10,864 nt of DNA from an uncultured Phycisphaeraceae bacterium (GCA_964389385.1 CAYMFP010000081.1:1-10864); one strand, 5' to 3'; counted from the first letter of the stretch, positions 1-8,027 are shown. The notes: a model not told the origin generated them from the letters alone. Numbers and translations: made by a program.

Positions 1-134
1 CCCCGGCGGCGGACAGTAGCGCGAGTCCGCTCAGCGCCCGGGCTCGTCCGGCGCGGCCGCGGGGGCCGCGGCGGGGGCGGCGGGGGCGCGGGGGCGCCCG
101 GGGGGGGGGGGGGCGCGGGGGGGGGCGGAGCTTC
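1..134. repeat. G-rich low-complexity leader (repeated GGGGGC/GGCGG units, a G14 run near 97-110, a G9 run near 116-124); probable contig-end artefact or G-quadruplex-prone spacer
   Basis: Direct reading finds homopolymer G runs of 14 and 9 and no start codon in the downstream ORF frame. A mirrored C-rich tract sits at the other end of the window. Confidence 0.5.
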
Positions 135-2795
135 GTGCTCGATCCGCGGGCCGACGCGTTCCTGGGGCTCGGCGTGTCGGACCCGGAGGATCTGGCCGGG
201 AAGGTGCTCGGGAAGTACACGCTGCTGCGGGTCATCGGGCGGGGCGGGATGGGGACGGTGTACCTGGCCCGCCAGCGCGATCTGGACCGCGAGGTCGCGG
301 TGAAGGTCTTCCCGCCGCACGCGCTGGGGTTCGACGCGAGGCTGCGGTTCGAGCGCGAGGTCCAGGCGCTGAGCCGGGTGAACCACCCGGGCGTGGCCCG
401 CATCTACGACGCGGGGCTGCACGCGGACGCGCACGCCCCGGTGCTGGCGCCCATCCCCTACTTCGCGATGGAGCTGGTCGACGGGCTGCCGATCACGGAG
501 CACGTCGCCCGGCACCGGCTCGGGCTGCGCGAGCGGCTGGCGCTGATGGCCGAGACGGCCGACGCGGTGCACGCCGCGCACCAGCGGGCGATCGTGCACC
601 GCGACCTGAAGCCCGGCAACGTGCTCGTGACGCCGCCGGAGGAGGCGCGCCCGTGGGGGGCGCCGAAGGTGCTGGACTTCGGGATCGCCAGGATGGTGCG
701 GGAGGACGCCCGCGAGCGGACGCTCTGGACCGGCGGGATCCTGCTCGGCACGCTCGGGTACATGGCGCCCGAGCAGGCCCGGGGCGAGGCCGACGAGATC
801 GACGTCCGGACGGACGTGTACGCCCTCGGCGTGATCCTGCACGAGGTGGTGACGGGGCGTCCGCTGCACCGGCTGGAGGGGATGCCGCTGACGGAGGCCC
901 TGCGGCGGGTGAGCGATCCTCGCCCGCCCGCGGTGTGCGTCCCTGACGACTTCACCGGCGGGGATCTGCGGAACGTGCTCTCCGTCGCGCTGGCGCCGGA
1001 GAAGGAGCGTCGTTACCCGTCGGCGGCCGCGCTGGCGGAGGATCTGCGGCGGCTGCTTCGGAGCGACCCGGTCTTCGCCCGCCCGGCGACGACGGTGTAC
1101 CGGGTCCGGAAGTTCGTGCGGCGCCACAGGGGGGGAGTCGCGGCGGCGTCGCTGGCCGCGGCCGGGCTGCTCGGGGGGACGGTGCTCGCGAGCGTCGGGC
1201 TCGTGCGCGAGCGTGCGGCGCGGGGGCGGGCCGAGTCGGCGCGGGCGGAGGCGCAGGAGCACGCGGCGATCGCTCAGCGGCAGCGCCGGCGGGCCGAGGC
1301 CTCGCGGGACTTCCTGACGCACATCGTCTGGTCCGCCGAGCCGGGGCAGATCGGGCGCGACGTCACCGTCGTGGACGCGGTGCGGTCGGCCCTCCCGGCG
1401 ATCGGGGCCTACGCCGGCGGGGATCCGGCGGCGGAGAGCGACCTGAGGCTCACCGTCGCGCAGACCCTCCGCAACCTCGGGCATCCGGAGGAGGCGGACG
1501 CGGAGTTCGCCGAGGCCGTGCGGCTGGCGGAGGAGGCCTTCGGCGTCGGCAGCCCGCAGGCGGTCGGTCCCGCCCTCGAGCGGGCGGACATGCTGACGGG
1601 CCTGGGACGCCTGGACGATGGCCGGGAGATCATCGAGCGGCAGGCGCGGTTCGTGGAGGCGATGCCGCCCGGGCACGAACGCGATCAGTTGGAGGTCGCG
1701 CTGGCGGTCAGCCGCGCGAACCTGCTGGGCGAGGAGGGGGCGTACGCGGAGAGCGCGCAGGCGTTCCGGGAGGTGCTGGCGCGGGTCAGGGCGGAGCCGA
1801 CGCTGCTCGACGCGTACAACCTGGACACGGTCCGCTCGCACTTCGGGCTCTCGCTGCTGTACGCGGGCGAGCTGCGCGAGGCGGAGGCCGTGCAGCGGGC
1901 CCTGGCGGCCGACCGCGCCGCGCGCCTCGGCCCCCTGCACCCGCGGACGCTGATCGTGCGGGAACATCTGGCCGGAACGCTGGTGGACCTCGGGGAGTTC
2001 GACGAGGCGCGGGCGATCCTGGAGGAGGTCATCGCCGAGGGCTCGCGGGCGTGGGGGCCGACGCATCCCTACACGCTCTCGGCGCGGCACGGGCTCGCGT
2101 CGCTCGAGGGCACGCGCGGGAACTACGCGGCCGCCGCGGAACTCGCCGGAGCGATCCTGAAGGACGCCGAGGGCGTGCTGCCGCCGGACGAGCCGTTCCT
2201 GCTGTTCGCGGCGAACACCCGCGCGGTGTCCCTGGCGGCCGAGAAGCGGTGGGAGGAGGCCCTGCCGGTGCTCCGGGACATGGTGCGGCGGGGGACGGCG
2301 ATCTACGGGGCCGAGCACCCGTACACGCTCTCGTTCCGGGCGAGCCTCGCCAACGGGCTGGGGGAGATGGGGGACGCCCGGGCGGCGATGGAGGAGCTGG
2401 AGGGGATCCTGGAGGTGCAGCGCCGGGTGCTCGGCGACGACGCGGAGCCGGTGCTGATCACGAGGAACAACCTCGCGATGTTCCACCTGGAGCTGGGCGA
2501 GCCGGAGCGGGCGGTGCCGGTGCTGGAGGAGGTGCTCGCGGCGGCGACGGCCGGGGAGCGGCGGGCGATCGGCGCGATCTTCCGGCGGAACCTGGGCCGC
2601 GCGCTCGCCGGAGCCCGGCGGTTCGAGGAGGCGGAGGGCCAGCTGCTGCTCGCGCACGACGAGGCCCGCGAGTGGCTGGACGAGAGCCAGGTCCGGCGCA
2701 CGGCGGAGTTCCTCGCCGAGCTGTACGCGGCGTGGGGCCGGGCGGAGGCCGAGGCCGTGTGGCGCGGCGAGGCCGCGGGCGCCGCGGCGGAGTAG
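135..2795 (+). CDS. Hanks-type Ser/Thr protein kinase with a single TM helix and a C-terminal TPR-like repeat sensor domain (886 aa, GTG start)
   Basis: Kinase motifs are all present: Gly-rich loop IGRGGMGTVYLA, VAVKV lysine, catalytic loop HRDLKPGNVLV, DFGIA and GTLGYMAPE. These are followed by the RKFVRRHR juxtamembrane motif, a hydrophobic helix GVAAASLAAAGLLGGTVLASVGLV, and about 500 aa of Ala/Leu/Glu/Arg-rich helical repeats. Codon third positions are nearly all G or C in this frame. Confidence 0.88.
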   Translation: MLDPRADAFLGLGVSDPEDLAGKVLGKYTLLRVIGRGGMGTVYLARQRDLDREVAVKVFPPHALGFDARLRFEREVQALSRVNHPGVARIYDAGLHADAHAPVLAPIPYFAMELVDGLPITEHVARHRLGLRERLALMAETADAVHAAHQRAIVHRDLKPGNVLVTPPEEARPWGAPKVLDFGIARMVREDARERTLWTGGILLGTLGYMAPEQARGEADEIDVRTDVYALGVILHEVVTGRPLHRLEGMPLTEALRRVSDPRPPAVCVPDDFTGGDLRNVLSVALAPEKERRYPSAAALAEDLRRLLRSDPVFARPATTVYRVRKFVRRHRGGVAAASLAAAGLLGGTVLASVGLVRERAARGRAESARAEAQEHAAIAQRQRRRAEASRDFLTHIVWSAEPGQIGRDVTVVDAVRSALPAIGAYAGGDPAAESDLRLTVAQTLRNLGHPEEADAEFAEAVRLAEEAFGVGSPQAVGPALERADMLTGLGRLDDGREIIERQARFVEAMPPGHERDQLEVALAVSRANLLGEEGAYAESAQAFREVLARVRAEPTLLDAYNLDTVRSHFGLSLLYAGELREAEAVQRALAADRAARLGPLHPRTLIVREHLAGTLVDLGEFDEARAILEEVIAEGSRAWGPTHPYTLSARHGLASLEGTRGNYAAAAELAGAILKDAEGVLPPDEPFLLFAANTRAVSLAAEKRWEEALPVLRDMVRRGTAIYGAEHPYTLSFRASLANGLGEMGDARAAMEELEGILEVQRRVLGDDAEPVLITRNNLAMFHLELGEPERAVPVLEEVLAAATAGERRAIGAIFRRNLGRALAGARRFEEAEGQLLLAHDEAREWLDESQVRRTAEFLAELYAAWGRAEAEAVWRGEAAGAAAE
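216..1049 (+). other. Protein kinase catalytic domain of the STK (residues about 28-305)
   Basis: Subdomain I through XI motifs can be read in order, and all catalytic residues (K, HRD, DFG, APE) are intact, so the kinase is predicted active. Confidence 0.8.
1137..1205 (+). other. Predicted transmembrane helix of the STK (residues about 335-357)
   Basis: A 23-aa hydrophobic stretch lies immediately after the basic RKFVRRHRGG motif. This gives the kinase-in, repeat-domain-out topology typical of membrane STKs. Confidence 0.7.
1317..2795 (+). other. TPR-like / tetratricopeptide-type helical repeat region of the STK (extracytoplasmic sensor or scaffold domain)
   Basis: Small and large hydrophobic residues recur with roughly 34-40 aa periodicity (for example LGLSLLYAGELREAEAVQRALAADRAARLGPLHPRTL, AAELAGAILKDAEG, LANGLGEMGDARAAMEELEGILEVQRRVLG). 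There are no enzymatic motifs. Confidence 0.6.
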
Positions 2796-2808
2796 GTGGC
2801 GGGCCGCC

Positions 2809-5800
2809 TCAGGACGCCGGGCCGGGCGGGCCGTCGGCGGGCGCGCGGGCGTCGAGCGTCGGGGCGGTGCGGCCGCTCGGCGGGGCGAGCCGCCCGGCGA
2901 CGCCCGAGGCGAGATCGGTCAGCGTCTGGTTCATCATCGCGAGCTGGGCGAGGAGCTTGGCGGCGGAGTCCTCGTCGCCCCCGAGGGCGGTGTGGCGCTG
3001 GAAGACGCGCTTGACCTCCTCCCACCGGGCGCGATCGGCGTCGGTGGCGCAGCCGAGCATGACCTTGAGCTTGAGGAGGTTCGCCTCGGCGTTCTTGGTG
3101 AGGGTCTGGGCGTCCTGCTCGTAGGCGGAGAGGATGAGCGACTCGAGTTCGGCGTCGTTCATGACGGGGCTGACGCGGGAGGCGAGGCGGTTCATGTTGC
3201 GGTAGGAGCCCTGGAGCAGGAACGGGGGCTCGGTGCGGTAGCGGTCGTCCTGCGCGGCCGAGCGGATGTACTGCTGGTTGACCCGCAGCACGACGTCGCG
3301 CACGCGGAGGAGCTTGCGCATGACCGAGATCATGTCGGCGATCTCGGCCGGGGCGTAGCCGCCCTTCAGGTCGGCCGTCGCGACGCCCGCCGGGGAGGGC
3401 GCGTCGTCGGCCGCGAGGCGAGCGATCGTGAGCACGTCCTCGCGGCCGTGGCGGGCGAGGGGGGCCAGGGCGGGGTTGCTGGTGACGGCGTTCTCGATGT
3501 AGGAGAGTTCGAAGGCCTCGCGCCGGTCGCCGATGATGTCGCCGAGGTTGTAGGTGTCGGCACGGTTGGCGAGCATGTCGGGGATGCGGAAGCGTTCGCC
3601 CGACTCGGTGTAGGGGTTGCCGGCCATGACGACGGCGACGCGGCGCCCGCGGAAGTCGTAGGTGCGCGGGCGCCCGCGGTAGACGCCCTCGATCTTGCGC
3701 TGGGCGTCGCAGAGGCTGATGAACTTCTGGAGGAACTCGGGGCTGACGTGCTGGATGTCGTCGACGTAGATGAGGATGTTGTCGCCCATCTCGAAGGCGA
3801 GGTTGAGCTTCTCCAGCTCCTCGCGCGCCGCGGCGTTGGGGGCGCTGGCGGGGTCGAGCGCGGTGACCTCGTGCCCGAGGGCGGGGCCGTTGATCTTCAT
3901 GAAGACGACGCCGAGCCGTGCCGCGACGTACTCCATCAGCGTCGTCTTGCCGTACCCGGGTGGGCTGATGAGCAGGAGCAGGCCGGAACGCTCGGCGCGG
4001 TTGTCGCCGGCGGCGCCCATCTGCTTCGCGAGGTTCGCGCCGATCAGGGGGAGGAAGACCTCGTCGACCAGGCGGTTGCGGACGAACCCCGGCGGGACGC
4101 GCGGGGTGAACTCCCCGATCCGCAGGCGGCGGCGGGCATCGTCGACCAGCCGCTGCTTGAGCCTCGTGAAGGCCTCGAAGCGCGGGACGCGGCGCTCGCG
4201 GAAGTCCGTGAGGCGGCGGTCGAACTCCGCGTAGTCGAGCGCGAGAACGCCGCCGTTGATCCGCGGGTGGTCGCCGACGAGCCCGGCGATCTCGCGGCGC
4301 GTGCTCTCGGGCACGATGCGGGCGCGGTCGAAGCCGGGGAGGCAGACGAGCCGCGCGGCCTCGTCGAGGAAGTCGGCCGCGGCGGGGCCGGCCGCGCCCA
4401 GCTCGCCGTTCGCGCTGGCGACGAACGCGTGCAGCCAGTCGCGGGCGAGGAGGTGGCGGGCGACGGGGTCGGCGGCGACGGCCTCGAGCGCGTGCTGGAG
4501 CCGGAGGGCGCTGTTCGTCTCGCGCAGGCGGGCGTGCAGGGCCTCGGCGAGCGCGGCGGCCTCCGGCGAAACGGCGAACGAATGGGCAGCGGGTGCGGCG
4601 CTCGGGCTCGCGTGGGGGTCGGCCGGGCCCGCGGCCGGGCCGATGAGTTCGGCGAAGAGGTAGGCCCCGGCGGCGGGGGCGTCGGCGGGGTCGAAGCCGT
4701 GCGCCGCGTGCGACTCGGCGAAGCCGGCGCACAGCGCCGTCAGCTCCGCGATGCACGCCTCCTGCCGCTCGGCGGACGGGAACGCGTGGCGGATCTGCCC
4801 GAAGCCGGCCAGGCGCGCGGCGAGCAGGGGCTTGCGCGGGTGCTCCCAGGCTTCCCACGCGAGCAGGGCGAGGGCGCGGGCGCGCGAGGGGTAGCGGAGC
4901 AGCCCGATGCGGGCCCGCAGCTCGAGCAGCGTCCGGAGGATCAGCGCCGCGTCGTGGTCGTGCACGCCCTTGGTGTACGACTCGGCGTACCGCGGGGCCA
5001 TGAAACGCTGCACGGTCCGGAGGAGGTCGTCCTCGCCGGCTCCGACGGCGCCCTCCGCGGCCCCGGCGGGCTCGGGGATCTCCCCGGCCTCGATCGCGCG
5101 CTGCACCAGGTGGGCGAGGTACTCGCCGCGGTAGACCTCCGGGCTCTCGCTGACGACGTGCTGGTCCCAGCAGTCGCGGGCCTCGTCCAGGCCCGGGTCG
5201 TCGAGCGGCTCGAAGAAGGCGGTGCCGGAGAGGTGGAGCTGGATGCGCCCCTCGCGCGTCGTCGTCGTGAGGTCGACCGCCTGCGTGTTGATGGCGAGCG
5301 GGAACCGCCCGAAGCGGGCGACGGGGCGGCCGTCGAGCGGCTCGTCGCGGTCGCGCAGGCGGCGGTCGGCCTCCTCCCGCACGGAGTCGAGGCGCCCGGC
5401 GATCTCGTCGGCCCGAACGCCCTCGCCGAGTTCGCGCAGCTCCGCGAGCGTCGAGCGGAGCTTCTCGACCATCGGGTCGCCGGCGAAGTACGCGTGGATC
5501 GCCTCGGCGGAGCCGAGCCGCTCGGCCCGGGTGCGCACGCCCTTGAGCACGCGCTCGGCGGCCGCGGCGAGGTTCTCGCCCCGCCTCGCCCGGGCCTCGG
5601 CGAGGCGCAGGCGCCGGTCCTCGAAGGCGGAGTGGATCTCCTCGCGCTTCTCGGCGAGGCGTTCGGCGAACTCGTCGAACTCCGCGAACCGGGCCTCGAC
5701 CTCCTCGAGCTGGAGCATCACGCGCGTGAGCTGCTCCTCGGTCTTCTCCGGCGTGTCGGAGAGTTCGAGCGCCCCGGCGACCGTCTGGTCGAGCAGGCGC

Positions 5801-7929
5801 AGGCGGCTGGCGAACTCGGCGGCGCCCTCCGTGCGCGAGAGGTCGCGCAGGCGGCCCTGCAGCCGCGAACGCGCGGCGTTCAGCTCGGCGAAGACGCCCG
5901 AGACCGCGTCGACGATCGCGGTGCGTTGCGTGGCGTCCTCGATCTTCAGGCCGCCGACGACGTCGATCAGCATCTCCAGCTCGCCGGCGGACTTCTGGAT
6001 CGCCTCGTCGAGCCGCTTGGCGTCGGCGGCGCGGTCGATGCCGTCCACGCGCGCGGCGTGCTCGCGGGCGGCCGCGCGGTACGGATCGAGCGCGTCGTCG
6101 CGCAGCAGGAAGCCGACGGCCCGCCGCGAGACGCCGTCGGCCTGCTCGACGACGCGGGCCTCGAGCCGGTCGATCAGGCCGGGGTCGGCGTAGCGCAGCT
6201 CGCGCAGGGCGATGATCTCGCCGCGGAGCGTCCGGAGCCCGGCGAGGGCGGCGACGAAGTCGCCGATGCCGTCGTACATCCGGGCGTGGTTCTCGGCGAC
6301 GAGGTCGGCGGTCCTCCGCTCCGCCGCCTCGGTCTGCTCGAGCGTGGCGCGGCGGATGGCGCGGACCTTCTCGAACTCGCCCACGGCCGCCTCGGCCGTC
6401 GCGCGGATCGCCCCGAGCGTCTCGGCGAGGCCCCCGGCCGCCGCGTCCTTGAGCCAGTAGTACGAGTCGAGCACCTCCTGCGCCTCGCGGGCGATGTCGA
6501 TGTAGAGGTCGGCGTACGGGTCGCGGCGCTCGACGAGGTTCAGGATCGCGTGGCACTCGGCCATGCCGCGGACGATGTCGCGGTTGCCGACCTTGGCCAG
6601 GTACGAGTCCCGCGCGTGCACCTGCTCGCGCCCCGGCGCCGCGTACGGCGTGCGCCAGAGCTGCAGGGCGTGGTGCCGCTGCGGCTCGTCGCCAGCCCGG
6701 AAGAGCACCATCCGCCCGTCCTCGAGCAGGCTGAACCCGTGGCAGACGACCGGCGTCCCGGCGTCCTGCGCGATCACGTTGTACCCGACGAGGGCGTACT
6801 CGCCCGTGCCGCGGTGGTAGAAGACGAAGAGGTGGTCCTCCCCGTTCGGGGCCGGCACGCGGCGCTCGAAGACGACGCCCTCGGGGACGTTGGGGAACGC
6901 CTGCAGCCGCCCGCTCTCCAGGTAGAACCCGCCGGCGAAGAGCACGCCGTGGTCGTCGGGCAGGAGCAGGGCCGCGTGGGCGAGCCCGTCGGCCCGGCGC
7001 ACCTCGCGCAGCTTGCGGTTGTAGATGAAGTACCGGTGCCGCCGCTCCTGGTAGGGGCGGATCCGCAGCAGGATGAGGCTGCCCACCTGCGCGTACGCGA
7101 TCTCCGCGTCGTCGAGCCCCTGGTCCGGGTTCTCGACGGGCTCGGCGTAGAGCCCGCGCCCGGTCGACGTGTTGTCCTCGGCCTTGATCGTGAGGTCGCC
7201 GCCGATGCAGTCGACGAAGAGCGTGTCGAGGACCGCCACGTGCGGGTGGGCGCCGGGGCGGTGGTCGTCGCGCGTCGTCTGCTTCCAGTCGACCTCGTGC
7301 GGCGCGGGGTAGCGGAGCTCGTGGTCGGAGCGGTTGTCGACGTAGGCCAGGCGCGGCGCGCCGTCCGCGCCCGCCTCCATCCGCCACTTGAAGGCCTTGA
7401 AGTCGTCCGCGTCGCGCCCGATGCGGAACTTCATGTAGAGGAACGCGCCGCGGACGAAGAACTTCGCGAACGTCGCGCCCTTGTAGAAGCGGTACAGGTC
7501 GCGGAACTCCTTGCGGAACTGCTCGTCGCCGAGCAGCTCCGAGAGCGGCAGCTCCGCGTAGCCGGCGGAGCCGTCCCCGGCGTCCTCCATCCGGTAGAGC
7601 GCGAAGACGTCCTCGGGCGCGATCTCCTGCTTGAGCCCGAACGTGACGTTGTACCCGAGCAGCACGCGGCCGCCGATCGAGACGAGATCCCGCGCCACGC
7701 AGTTGTGGGCCGTGGTGACGCGCTGCGTGTCGAGCAGCTCCGTCTCCACCGTGCCGAAGACGCGCTTGCGCTCCTCGTTCAGCGCCGCGAGCCGGCGGCG
7801 CAGCTCCGCCCCCTGCGCCGCGAGGCGCTGCCGGATGATCTCGTACGCCCCCTGCTCGAGGCGCTCGCCGGCCCCCTCCCCCGCGGCGGCCCCGCCGGAC
7901 GCCGGATTCTGCACGCTCTGCTCGGCCAT
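2809..7929 (-). CDS. Giant (1706 aa) multidomain protein: beta-rich N-terminal domain, long coiled coil, helical linker, and a C-terminal MoxR/AAA_5-like AAA+ ATPase. Uncharacterised flotillin-associated ATPase.
   Basis: ATG at 7927-7929 is preceded by GGTGAGCAGGA. Composition is Asp/Glu/Leu/Ala-rich rather than shadow-frame-like along the whole length. Walker A LLLISPPGYGKTTLMEY, Walker B NILIYVDDIQH, sensor-1 VVMAGNPY and an Arg in RIPDMLANRAD are present. No hydrophobic TM segment is seen. The gene lies 98 bp downstream of the flotillin gene on the same strand. Confidence 0.82.
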   Translation of the reverse strand: MAEQSVQNPASGGAAAGEGAGERLEQGAYEIIRQRLAAQGAELRRRLAALNEERKRVFGTVETELLDTQRVTTAHNCVARDLVSIGGRVLLGYNVTFGLKQEIAPEDVFALYRMEDAGDGSAGYAELPLSELLGDEQFRKEFRDLYRFYKGATFAKFFVRGAFLYMKFRIGRDADDFKAFKWRMEAGADGAPRLAYVDNRSDHELRYPAPHEVDWKQTTRDDHRPGAHPHVAVLDTLFVDCIGGDLTIKAEDNTSTGRGLYAEPVENPDQGLDDAEIAYAQVGSLILLRIRPYQERRHRYFIYNRKLREVRRADGLAHAALLLPDDHGVLFAGGFYLESGRLQAFPNVPEGVVFERRVPAPNGEDHLFVFYHRGTGEYALVGYNVIAQDAGTPVVCHGFSLLEDGRMVLFRAGDEPQRHHALQLWRTPYAAPGREQVHARDSYLAKVGNRDIVRGMAECHAILNLVERRDPYADLYIDIAREAQEVLDSYYWLKDAAAGGLAETLGAIRATAEAAVGEFEKVRAIRRATLEQTEAAERRTADLVAENHARMYDGIGDFVAALAGLRTLRGEIIALRELRYADPGLIDRLEARVVEQADGVSRRAVGFLLRDDALDPYRAAAREHAARVDGIDRAADAKRLDEAIQKSAGELEMLIDVVGGLKIEDATQRTAIVDAVSGVFAELNAARSRLQGRLRDLSRTEGAAEFASRLRLLDQTVAGALELSDTPEKTEEQLTRVMLQLEEVEARFAEFDEFAERLAEKREEIHSAFEDRRLRLAEARARRGENLAAAAERVLKGVRTRAERLGSAEAIHAYFAGDPMVEKLRSTLAELRELGEGVRADEIAGRLDSVREEADRRLRDRDEPLDGRPVARFGRFPLAINTQAVDLTTTTREGRIQLHLSGTAFFEPLDDPGLDEARDCWDQHVVSESPEVYRGEYLAHLVQRAIEAGEIPEPAGAAEGAVGAGEDDLLRTVQRFMAPRYAESYTKGVHDHDAALILRTLLELRARIGLLRYPSRARALALLAWEAWEHPRKPLLAARLAGFGQIRHAFPSAERQEACIAELTALCAGFAESHAAHGFDPADAPAAGAYLFAELIGPAAGPADPHASPSAAPAAHSFAVSPEAAALAEALHARLRETNSALRLQHALEAVAADPVARHLLARDWLHAFVASANGELGAAGPAAADFLDEAARLVCLPGFDRARIVPESTRREIAGLVGDHPRINGGVLALDYAEFDRRLTDFRERRVPRFEAFTRLKQRLVDDARRRLRIGEFTPRVPPGFVRNRLVDEVFLPLIGANLAKQMGAAGDNRAERSGLLLLISPPGYGKTTLMEYVAARLGVVFMKINGPALGHEVTALDPASAPNAAAREELEKLNLAFEMGDNILIYVDDIQHVSPEFLQKFISLCDAQRKIEGVYRGRPRTYDFRGRRVAVVMAGNPYTESGERFRIPDMLANRADTYNLGDIIGDRREAFELSYIENAVTSNPALAPLARHGREDVLTIARLAADDAPSPAGVATADLKGGYAPAEIADMISVMRKLLRVRDVVLRVNQQYIRSAAQDDRYRTEPPFLLQGSYRNMNRLASRVSPVMNDAELESLILSAYEQDAQTLTKNAEANLLKLKVMLGCATDADRARWEEVKRVFQRHTALGGDEDSAAKLLAQLAMMNQTLTDLASGVAGRLAPPSGRTAPTLDARAPADGPPGPAS
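3490..4062 (-). other. AAA+ ATPase module (residues about 1290-1480). Walker A maps to about 3940-3966 and Walker B to about 3748-3777.
   Basis: The reverse complement of 3937-3966 reads ATCAGCCCACCCGGGTACGGCAAGACGACG, which translates to ISPPGYGKTT. The reverse complement of 3748-3777 translates to ILIYVDDIQH. The downstream VVMAGNPYTESGERFRIPDMLANRAD resembles the MoxR ATQNP...LDRF region. Confidence 0.7.
5320..6492 (-). other. Extended coiled-coil / helical region of the giant ATPase (residues about 480-870)
   Basis: About 400 aa are dominated by Glu, Arg, Ala and Leu with heptad-like spacing (for example EQLTRVMLQLEEVEARFAEFDEFAERLAEKREEIHSAFEDRRLRLAEARARRGENL). There are no Pro or Gly clusters. 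Confidence 0.55.
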
Positions 7930-7978
7930 TCCTGCTCACCGCTCCCGATTGCCCCGCCCCGGCGCATCCCGATGCAAG

Positions 7979-8010
7979 CCGGCCGGCGCCGCGGACGCGG
8001 CGCCGGCCGG
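7979..8010 (-). promoter_or_regulatory. Perfect 15-bp inverted repeat (CCGGCCGGCGCCGCG ga CGCGGCGCCGGCCGG) forming a GC-only stem-loop in the flotillin-ATPase intergenic region. Candidate intra-operon attenuator, RNA processing site or operator.
   Basis: By direct reading the two arms are exact reverse complements, separated by 2 nt. The repeat sits 17 nt after the flotillin stop and about 49 nt before the ATPase start. No U-tract follows on the transcribed strand. Confidence 0.45.
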
Positions 8011-8027
8011 ACACGAGTTCGACGCGC

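Noticed and set aside
2796-2808. Possible bidirectional terminator hairpin in the 13-bp gap between the convergent STK and ATPase genes (GGCGGGCCGCC)
   Set aside because: Only a 4-bp stem with a 3-nt loop is possible, and the dyad is imperfect. This is too weak and too short to call a terminator.
2051-3124. 357-aa plus-strand ORF, together with the smaller ORFs at 458-955, 653-946, 1409-1633, 1618-1953, 1685-2032 and 2796-3014
   Set aside because: All are Arg/Gly/Ser/Pro-rich alternate-frame or antisense reads of the kinase or ATPase genes. None has its own RBS context or motifs.
3366-6820. Cluster of short and medium ORFs (3366-3563, 3770-4234, 4256-4663, 4907-5134, 5222-6193, 6212-6460, 6563-6820) inside the ATPase gene
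   Set aside because: They are Ser/Arg/Ala-rich antisense or frame-shifted translations nested in a continuous, well-composed 1706-aa frame. There is no evidence of independent genes.
2303-8014. 1903-aa minus-strand ORF overlapping the ATPase gene in another frame and running into the STK gene
   Set aside because: Its composition is extremely Arg/Gly/Pro/Ala-rich (RRGRRGGGGRRAPRAGG and similar), which is the signature of an out-of-frame read of GC-rich coding DNA. It has no recognisable domain, and the same DNA encodes a motif-bearing protein in the called frame.
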